The notes beneath the pieces are model-generated. The model made no database searches. It had not been told where the DNA came from and saw only the letters and a list, made by a program, of their open reading frames with translations. From Niallia tiangongensis (GTDB lineage Bacteria; Bacillota; Bacilli; Bacillales; Cytobacillaceae): a stretch of DNA of 24,000 nt. Shown here in pieces: positions 17,381 through 24,000 of this stretch. Every line of letters starts with the position of its first letter. The first letter of the stretch is position 1. Location: positions 4,660,031 through 4,684,030 of the forward strand of contig NZ_CP162613.1 in assembly GCF_044704065.1 (NCBI RefSeq), in the 5' to 3' direction. The translations under genes and the position numbers were made by a program.

Positions 17381-17388
17381 TTACAATA

Positions 17389-17937
17389 TTATTCAGCAAA
17401 TATTTCTTCCTCTGTAACCCATTTGTGATTGGTTACCATCTCACCACCTGTTGTTGGTTGGTAGTCTACCATATACACGGTTGTGTTCTCAGCGAATTCA
17501 ATAGTTGCCTTCGCGCCTTTCATGCCTTCCATATGATCTGCTTCCAAGGTGACCTCTGTCCCCTTCTCCAGCATTTCACTTCCAGCTTCCTTTATTTCAT
17601 CCTGGATTACCCATTTATGATGCTTGACCGGTTCTCCTCCTGTCGTTGGAGTGTACGTCACTTGATAGGCGATGGTATTGAATGCATTTAATACGGTCGC
17701 TTCTGCACCGTCCATCCCTTCCATGTGATTAGCCTTTAAGATCACTTGACTACCTTCCTTATATGTCGGATCCGCTGCAGGCTCTAGACCTTCAGGGATT
17801 TCTGGCGAGCCAGTCTCTTGATGCTCCTGCTGGGTTTGGCTTGATTCCTTGTCACTATTTTCTTCAGCAGATGAACAGCCATAAAACAGTAGCACTACGG
17901 TAAAAATAGCAGCGATGGAAACATGTCTACTTTTCAT
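17389..17937 (-). CDS. YdhK/DUF1541-like lipoprotein with duplicated domain
   Basis: Lipobox LLFYGCSS. Two homologous halves: GSQVILKANHMEGMDGAEATV...YTPTTGGEPVKHHKWV and GTEVTLEADHMEGMKGAKATI...YQPTTGGEMVTNHKWV. Confidence 0.88.
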   Translation of the reverse strand: MKSRHVSIAAIFTVVLLFYGCSSAEENSDKESSQTQQEHQETGSPEIPEGLEPAADPTYKEGSQVILKANHMEGMDGAEATVLNAFNTIAYQVTYTPTTGGEPVKHHKWVIQDEIKEAGSEMLEKGTEVTLEADHMEGMKGAKATIEFAENTTVYMVDYQPTTGGEMVTNHKWVTEEEIFAE

Positions 17938-17999
17938 ACAATTACCTCCTCTATAATGAATTCTTTCACTTTAGAGGAATTTTTAAACATACGAAAGAA

Positions 18000-19685
18000 T
18001 TAATTGGCTAAAGGCAATCGAATCGTGAAGGTTGTGCCGACACCATCTTCTGATACGAAATCTATTTTGCCTTTATGTTCTGCAATAATGTTATAGCAGA
18101 TGACTAATCCAAGTCCTGTTCCTTTTTCTTTTGTTGTATAAAAAGGTTCACCAAGCTTATTCTTTATTTCCTTTGGAATCCCTTTGCCATTGTCTTTAAT
18201 AGTGACCACAATCCATTTCCCATCCAGTTTTGCCTCTATATTGATAATGCCGCCATTTTCCATTGCTTCAATTGCATTTTTGACCAGATTGATAAAAACC
18301 TGTTTCAACTGATCTACATTACATAAAGCATATAAATTATTGTCATATGTATCTAAATTAATGGCAACATTATCTAAATTGGCTTGTGATTGCATTAAAG
18401 TATAGACATCCAGTAGAATCTTCCCAATGTTTATTTCTTTAATTTCCGACTTAGCTGGCTTTCCTAAAAACATTAACTCGTTCGCAATTGTTTCGATCCG
18501 GTTAATTTCGATATCTAGGATTGGATAAATATCTTCTAATTTCATTGCTCCTTGGTATGCGAGCTTTAGAAATCCTTTTATAGCAGTAAGGGGATTTCTA
18601 ATTTCATGAGCAATACTTGCTGCTAATTGACCCGCGATTCCTAGTTTTTCATTTTTAATCTGAAGCTGTTGATTTTCTTTTCTGACACTTATATCTCTCG
18701 CGATGATAATAAGTGTCGAGCTTAAATCTTCGAAGAGAAAAGGATATGCTAGAATCTCTACCTCTACTATTTTGCCATTTGGAGTAATAAGCTCCATTTC
18801 GTAGGGAGTGGCTATTTCTCCTCCCCAAATAAGCTCTTCCTTATCTAAATACTTTTCTAAGAAATCCGGTTCCATAATCTCATAAGCTGATTTTCCAACA
18901 ATGTCTTCGGTTTCTAATAGTTTTGAAGCTGCTTTATTTGCATACATAATAATATTGTTGGAAGTAATGAAGACCGCGTCTAGCATGTCTTCTACTAGTC
19001 GGGAATAGTAGGTTTGTGCTAGTTGAAGATTGGCAAGGGTTTCTTCATATTTGCTATTCTGTACGGGGGATGGAGGCTTGATTTCTTTTTTATAAGCATT
19101 AGATAATGTGAATTCCGTATCTGTCATCACATATGGATGGGAGTTTTTTAAATAGATATAATTGCTTGCAGATAATTCCGTCCCATCATAGGCACATACC
19201 GCGTAATTCTGATAATTTCTTATGTATTCATCTACTTCATCCTCATATTGAAGCAGGCTGTCCATGATTTTGTCTTGATTGGAGAGACTTGGGGCTTTCC
19301 CCCAAAACCGAACCGTTATATCCTTATTGAAAAAATAATCGGGATCAATTGAGCCACTAGTTGCTTCTATAATACTTGCTAAATGAAGATCTCCACTTCT
19401 AAAATAGACCTCTTCACTATCTAAAAAATGAATCCGATTAATTTGTTCCTTATATAACCCGCTTTCTTCCAGCTTCTTGATTATTAGTGGCCATATTTTC
19501 TTCTGATCTACTAAGACAACTTTTTGCTCCAAAAGCAGACCGGCTTTTATGAAGGACGCTGCATTCGTTATGTATGTATTTTCGTTGCTTGTTATGTACA
19601 TGATATGTGCGCCACAAGTCATATCAGAAAGATTTGTAAGAGCAACCTCTGGATGAAACCTTGTCTGAGGAGTATATACAGCCAT
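18000..19685 (-). CDS. MEDS-PAS sensor histidine kinase
   Basis: N-terminal MEDS-like region (CGAHIMYITSNENTYITNAASFIKAGLLLEQKVVLVD), PAS (LVEDMLDAVFITSNNIIMYANKAAS), HisKA (LAASIAHEIRNPLTAIKGFLKL), HATPase (DNGKGIPKEI, GTGLGLVICYNIIAEHKG). Confidence 0.88.
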   Translation of the reverse strand: MAVYTPQTRFHPEVALTNLSDMTCGAHIMYITSNENTYITNAASFIKAGLLLEQKVVLVDQKKIWPLIIKKLEESGLYKEQINRIHFLDSEEVYFRSGDLHLASIIEATSGSIDPDYFFNKDITVRFWGKAPSLSNQDKIMDSLLQYEDEVDEYIRNYQNYAVCAYDGTELSASNYIYLKNSHPYVMTDTEFTLSNAYKKEIKPPSPVQNSKYEETLANLQLAQTYYSRLVEDMLDAVFITSNNIIMYANKAASKLLETEDIVGKSAYEIMEPDFLEKYLDKEELIWGGEIATPYEMELITPNGKIVEVEILAYPFLFEDLSSTLIIIARDISVRKENQQLQIKNEKLGIAGQLAASIAHEIRNPLTAIKGFLKLAYQGAMKLEDIYPILDIEINRIETIANELMFLGKPAKSEIKEINIGKILLDVYTLMQSQANLDNVAINLDTYDNNLYALCNVDQLKQVFINLVKNAIEAMENGGIINIEAKLDGKWIVVTIKDNGKGIPKEIKNKLGEPFYTTKEKGTGLGLVICYNIIAEHKGKIDFVSEDGVGTTFTIRLPLAN

Positions 19686-19788
19686 TAAAAACCCCCAACT
19701 TTCTTTATAAGTTTAATATCCTTTTATTATAACACGGAAATTTCCGACAATTTGGCTCATTTTCGTTTTTCTATAAAAATTGAAGGAA

Positions 19789-19824
19789 GAGTTCCTGCAC
19801 TACTTTAATGTAGTTAAGGAACTC
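19789..19824 (-). terminator. Hairpin just downstream of the antiporter gene
   Basis: GAGTTCCT-gca-CTAC-tttaat-GTAG-tta-AGGAACTC; the T tract on the reverse strand is weak. Confidence 0.5.
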
Positions 19825-19833
19825 TCCCTCCTC

Positions 19834-21858
19834 TTATTCTTCATATTCATACAATGTGGCACTTTCAATATAGTTAATAAATCGACGCAAGTCTTTTGCC
19901 TGTTCTCGATTCAATTCCCCCTTTTCATACATCTTCTGAATGCCTGCACGTTGTTGATCGACGATATGTAGTCGTAGTTCTTCTTTCTGTTCCTGTATTT
20001 TTTCATTAAAGGCTACGCTTGGTTTTTCCCAACGATCAACCAAGCGTTGATACTCTAGAATGACTATTTGTACTAGCTGCTTTTGCTCCGAGGATTCTTG
20101 CCATTTTTCTAGATACGATATGGCAGATTTCATCGAGTTTAACTGAATTTCTTTTCCGATGCGAATTTGTTCTCTTCTATCCATCTTTGTTCCACGATTC
20201 TTGCGCATAATGCGACTCCAGCTTCTCATCGCCTTTCCAAATAGAAACCTCGTGCCCGCCTGTACATTTGTGGAAAGTGCTTCTTCCCGATAATCCAATG
20301 ATTTTTCAAATATCCCAAACACTTCTTCTGTAATTTTATGCTCATTTAGTAATTGGTGAAGATAGCTTCTTTCTTGCTTCAGCGCTCGCAGCCTTATTTC
20401 TGTCATCATCTTAAGATTGGTCTCTTCTTCCTCTGTTCCTGCCACGTAATTTAACTGGCGAATACGTCGTTTATATTCATCGATTAATTCATAGGCTGCT
20501 GTGCTATTTTCTTCCGTCATGTCTAAGTATAGCTTGTCGATGGTTGAGACCATGATCGTTTTCTTTGCACTTATTAATAAATCCTCATCATCCATTTCGA
20601 GTGTGTCACTATTTTTACTAAGAGATGGCAAGAATATCGTTGCTGCAAGTAAAGTGAAAAGAATAACACCTGCAGCAAGAAAGAGGATTAATGATCGTTC
20701 GGGAAATCCTTGTCCAGTATGGATAACAAATGGGATGGAAAGAACCCCTGCCATTGTTACCGCTCCTCGAACCCCTGTCAAACTGATAATCAGCGTATGC
20801 TTTATACTTGGCTTCTCCATTTCGTTGGTCTTATCGGTTTTATATTCATAAATGGAAAATAAATACGACCAGAAAAAGCGGATACCAAGAATGACAATGC
20901 CAATTAGAAGGACGTAACCGATAATTAACCAATTGCTCAAGGAAGGATCTTCTACCGTATCCACAATGGAAGAAGGTATATTTAAGCCTAATAATAAGAA
21001 AACAATTCCATTGAGAATAAATATAACGATGGACCAAATATTTTCTGTTAGAACCTGTTCCTCCGCAAGCATTGTCTCTGTTCTTTCACTTACTAATGAA
21101 TGAATAATCCCTCCGACCACGACAGCAATAACACCAGAAGCATGAAGCATTTCCTCTGCCACAATAAAGATTAAGAAAGGAGTAAGCACCTGTAATAAGG
21201 AGTGAAACGTGACATCCTGTATCCCCTGTTTTCGTAAAATAAAACGAATCATGATAATAAGAAGACTTAACGCTAATCCTGCAACTGCTCCTATGAAAAA
21301 GGTATAGGTAAAATCAGTAATCGCCTCTGCAACCGAGAAATAGCCTGTAACTACAGCCGCAACCGCATAATTAAAGGCAACTAATCCTGAGGCATCATTT
21401 ATAAGGGATTCTCCTCTTACTAGGTTAAGCACTCTACCCGGGATATGAATTCGCTTGGCAATCCCATTTACTGCAACTGGATCTGTCGGGGAAAGAATCG
21501 CTGCTAATGCAAAGGCTGCAGCTAAAGGGATACTGGGTATAAGCCAATGAATAAAGTATCCGCCGACAATTGTCGTAAGCAATACTAATATAATCGCATT
21601 TCCTAGAATGGACGTGCGCATTTTCCATAATTCTTCTCTTGGAAAATGCCTGCCATCGTTATAAAGCAGCGGTGCAACAAAAAGTAGCAAAAACCACTCT
21701 GCCTCTAGTTCAAGCTCAAACTCAGAAAATAGAAGGGCCATCACAACCCCAAATGCAATTTGCGTTAGCGCCGTTGGAATGGACGGGATATAGTGGCTAA
21801 TAATATTGGATAGCAGTAAACAAAATAATAGTAAAATGATTGTGATTAATAAATCCAT
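19834..21858 (-). CDS. CPA1-family Na+/H+ antiporter
   Basis: FVAPLLYNDGRHFPREELWKMR, AFALAAILSPTDPVAV, LVRGESLINDASGLVAFNYA, TGVRGAVTMAGVLSIP, followed by a long helical cytoplasmic tail. Confidence 0.93.
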   Translation of the reverse strand: MDLLITIILLLFCLLLSNIISHYIPSIPTALTQIAFGVVMALLFSEFELELEAEWFLLLFVAPLLYNDGRHFPREELWKMRTSILGNAIILVLLTTIVGGYFIHWLIPSIPLAAAFALAAILSPTDPVAVNGIAKRIHIPGRVLNLVRGESLINDASGLVAFNYAVAAVVTGYFSVAEAITDFTYTFFIGAVAGLALSLLIIMIRFILRKQGIQDVTFHSLLQVLTPFLIFIVAEEMLHASGVIAVVVGGIIHSLVSERTETMLAEEQVLTENIWSIVIFILNGIVFLLLGLNIPSSIVDTVEDPSLSNWLIIGYVLLIGIVILGIRFFWSYLFSIYEYKTDKTNEMEKPSIKHTLIISLTGVRGAVTMAGVLSIPFVIHTGQGFPERSLILFLAAGVILFTLLAATIFLPSLSKNSDTLEMDDEDLLISAKKTIMVSTIDKLYLDMTEENSTAAYELIDEYKRRIRQLNYVAGTEEEETNLKMMTEIRLRALKQERSYLHQLLNEHKITEEVFGIFEKSLDYREEALSTNVQAGTRFLFGKAMRSWSRIMRKNRGTKMDRREQIRIGKEIQLNSMKSAISYLEKWQESSEQKQLVQIVILEYQRLVDRWEKPSVAFNEKIQEQKEELRLHIVDQQRAGIQKMYEKGELNREQAKDLRRFINYIESATLYEYEE

Positions 21859-21980
21859 CTTGTTGTCTCCTTGAAGTTTGCTTTGATTAGTTTCTCTCCT
21901 ATTTATGTGGATTATGTTGTTCGTAAGGTAATAGTGATCAAAAAGTTAGCAATCCACCTATTTTTTCCCAATGAACGACT

Positions 21981-22007
21981 AAAAAGAGACTCCCCTAATG
22001 GAATCTC
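21981..22007 (-). terminator. Terminator downstream of the DinB-family gene
   Basis: Reverse strand GAGATTCC-attagg-GGAGTCTC-TTTTT. Confidence 0.65.
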
Positions 22008-22018
22008 CCTATTTGCTT

Positions 22019-22528
22019 TTAAAGCGTATATCTTTCTTTTATTAATTTCAAATGATGGCGTTCATGACCTGCAATAATATAGGCAAGGGCATTCACTGTA
22101 AATTCTCCCTTATTCGCAAAGCCTCTCTTTTCCCAAGCATCCTCTGGAAGACCTTCTATCAAGGCAATGGTAGACGAACGAACAGCTGCGAATTCTTGGA
22201 GAAGATTATCTATTGTTCTGGTCGAAAAATTAGCATTCTCCACATAGCTTTCATCATCATAGCCTGCTAATGGCGTTTTATCTCCCCTTGCAATTCGCAA
22301 TAAGCGATAAGCCTGAATTCTTTCCGTATCGATAATATGCCCAAGCACTTCAATAAGCGACCACTTTCCCTCTGCATAGCGAAAATCCCTTCGATCTTCA
22401 TTCGCCTTCACATAAGCAATCGTTTCATCTAGCTGAGAACCAATAATTTCGATAATGTCGCCTTCTGGAACTAAACCTACATAGCCTCTATAATGTTCTG
22501 GATAATCCGTAACTGCTGGTTTTGCCAT
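22019..22528 (-). CDS. DinB-family (DinB_2) protein
   Basis: WSLIEVLGHIIDTERIQAYRLLRIARGD... and YIIAGHERHHLKLIKERY with the conserved His motifs. Confidence 0.88.
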   Translation of the reverse strand: MAKPAVTDYPEHYRGYVGLVPEGDIIEIIGSQLDETIAYVKANEDRRDFRYAEGKWSLIEVLGHIIDTERIQAYRLLRIARGDKTPLAGYDDESYVENANFSTRTIDNLLQEFAAVRSSTIALIEGLPEDAWEKRGFANKGEFTVNALAYIIAGHERHHLKLIKERYTL

Positions 22529-22540
22529 CTTAATTCCTCC

Positions 22541-23053
22541 TTATCCTTCTACTGGGGTTTCTGGACCTTTCAATTCTAGCTGATAAAAAGCTAAATCTAG
22601 CCATTTCTCAAATTTATAGCCTGCTTTTTTAATCGTGCCTGCATAAGTAAATCCTAATTTCTCATGGATGAAAATACTTCCTTGATTCGTACTATCGATC
22701 CCCGCAATTAACGTCGCATAGCTCTCTTCTTCTGCACGTTCGATTAGAGCTTTTAATAGCTTTGTGCCAATCCCTTTTTTTCTTGCCTCTTTATGGACAT
22801 AAACAGAATGCTCAATCGAATACTTGTAAGCTGGCCACGCCCGAAATGGACCATATGTAGCAAACCCAATCACCTTTCCATCCTCCTCAAAAACAAAAAG
22901 GGGATATCCTCCTTCTTTTTTCTGGTTAAACCATCCTTTTCTGTCTTCCAACGAATGTGCACGATAATCATATACGGCCGTTGTATGTAAGATTGCATCA
23001 TTATATATTTCTAAAATCTCTCCTAAATCTGTTTCCTTCATCTCTCGGATCAT
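22541..23053 (-). CDS. GNAT N-acetyltransferase (phosphinothricin acetyltransferase-like)
   Basis: IREMKETDLGEILEIYNDAILHTTAVYDY; SVYVHKEARKKGIGTKLLKALIERAEE; HEKLGFTYAGTIKKAGYKFEKWLDLAFYQ. Confidence 0.9.
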   Translation of the reverse strand: MIREMKETDLGEILEIYNDAILHTTAVYDYRAHSLEDRKGWFNQKKEGGYPLFVFEEDGKVIGFATYGPFRAWPAYKYSIEHSVYVHKEARKKGIGTKLLKALIERAEEESYATLIAGIDSTNQGSIFIHEKLGFTYAGTIKKAGYKFEKWLDLAFYQLELKGPETPVEG

Positions 23054-23509
23054 CGTTCTATCCCCTTTTTTCTACTATTGAAAAAATTCCATCTAATTTT
23101 ATAATCTTATTAAGTAAGATACCAATTCGTCGCGAAAAATGAAAGTATTTTTTATTGGTGGAGAGTAATATTTTCACAGAAAAAGAGATGACTTTTTCAG
23201 TAAGCAGTTCTGTTTTTGTGGAGAAAATAGCCTATCAATTAACATAGTAATCGGTATGTTTTTTTCATTAATACATCAACTTCTATAAAGAATTATGTTT
23301 AAAATAGCATAAGTATACTGCATCCAAAATAACATCACAAATGGCTGTTGTCATCGTGCAATGCTAATTCTAATGTTAATAAGAATAGATGAAAGCAGGA
23401 CCTAGCCATAGTAATTATAAAAAGACACATTCCGATAAAATCCGTATAAAAAATATCGAGTGAATCATAAATATTAACGATAATATGTATTTGTAAAGGA
23501 GGGAAATGA

Positions 23510-24000
23510 ATGTTACAAGAATTCAATAATTTAATGGATTATATCGAAACACATCTAACGGAAGAAATCTCTGGAAAAGATATATCGAAAATCGTAGGAC
23601 AATCTGATTATCATTTTAAAAGAATGTTTTCGTATATGGCTGGAATGTCATTGAATGAGTATATCAAAAATAGGAGATTATCGGTTGCGAATGTTGAATT
23701 AATTAGCGGAGCAAAAGTTACAGATATTGCCTATAAATATGGCTATCAATCAATAGAAGGATTTTCAAGAGCCTTTCGTGAATGGAGTGGTTTTTTGCCT
23801 TCAGAAGTAACTAAAAACAAAATTCAAAAATCATTTCCCAAATTTTCATTCTATATTGATATCAAAGGAGGAAAATCAATGGAATTCAAAATAGAAAAGA
23901 AAGAGAAATTTAATATAGTAGGTGTATCGAAAAGAGTACCAATTCAATTCGAAGGTGAAAATAAAGCTATCTTCGAACTAGCTCAGTCCATTACCGAACA
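23510..24000 (+). CDS. AraC-family transcriptional regulator, 5' part (continues past window; C-terminal part looks GyrI-like)
   Basis: MLQEFNNLMDYIETHLTEEISGKDISKIVGQSDYHFKRMFSYMAGMSLNEYIKNRRLSVANVELISGAKVTDIAYKYGYQSIEGFSRAFREW; RBS AAAGGAGGG upstream. Absent from the ORF track because it has no stop in the window. Confidence 0.92.
   Translation, partial: MLQEFNNLMDYIETHLTEEISGKDISKIVGQSDYHFKRMFSYMAGMSLNEYIKNRRLSVANVELISGAKVTDIAYKYGYQSIEGFSRAFREWSGFLPSEVTKNKIQKSFPKFSFYIDIKGGKSMEFKIEKKEKFNIVGVSKRVPIQFEGENKAIFELAQSITE

Noticed and set aside
17040-17388. Possible riboswitch or small RNA in the spacer upstream of galU
   Set aside because: I see only AT-rich sequence and the terminator of the convergent or adjacent YdhK-like gene; no conserved aptamer pattern is evident.
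23335-23526. Reverse ORF 23335..23526 upstream of the AraC gene
   Set aside because: It overlaps the AraC gene's RBS and start, and its product resembles no family I recognise.

Overview
This looks like an ordinary chromosomal segment from a low-GC Firmicute (Bacillaceae-like). I assign protein families from the translated sequences. In order: the end of a MarR-type regulator, an HlyD/EmrA-type adaptor and a DHA2/EmrB-type MFS exporter with an unusual N-terminal extension; a Gfo/Idh/MocA oxidoreductase; a DUF1906-like glycosidase plus LysM protein; a small membrane protein; an aldo/keto reductase; a ROK kinase with a GH1 (6-phospho-)beta-glucosidase, facing a GntR/LacI-hybrid regulator; a YraQ/DUF318-like permease facing selD-mnmH (2-selenouridine pathway); galU/gtaB; a YdhK-like lipoprotein; a MEDS-PAS histidine kinase; a CPA1 Na+/H+ antiporter; DinB and GNAT proteins; and the start of an AraC regulator. 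No RNA genes, IS elements, prophage or CRISPR arrays were recognised. The most unusual content is intergenic. There are four strand-asymmetric tandem-repeat arrays: about 16 copies of a 52-bp hairpin plus polypyrimidine unit (3077-3900), two arrays of one degenerate 21-bp family (about 7526-8065 and 10688-10985), and a 20/21-bp AT-rich array (15730-15919). They explain the many overlapping, probably spurious ORFs in the supplied track. I see no clear new defence or biosynthetic system. The repeat arrays are the best candidates for something undescribed.
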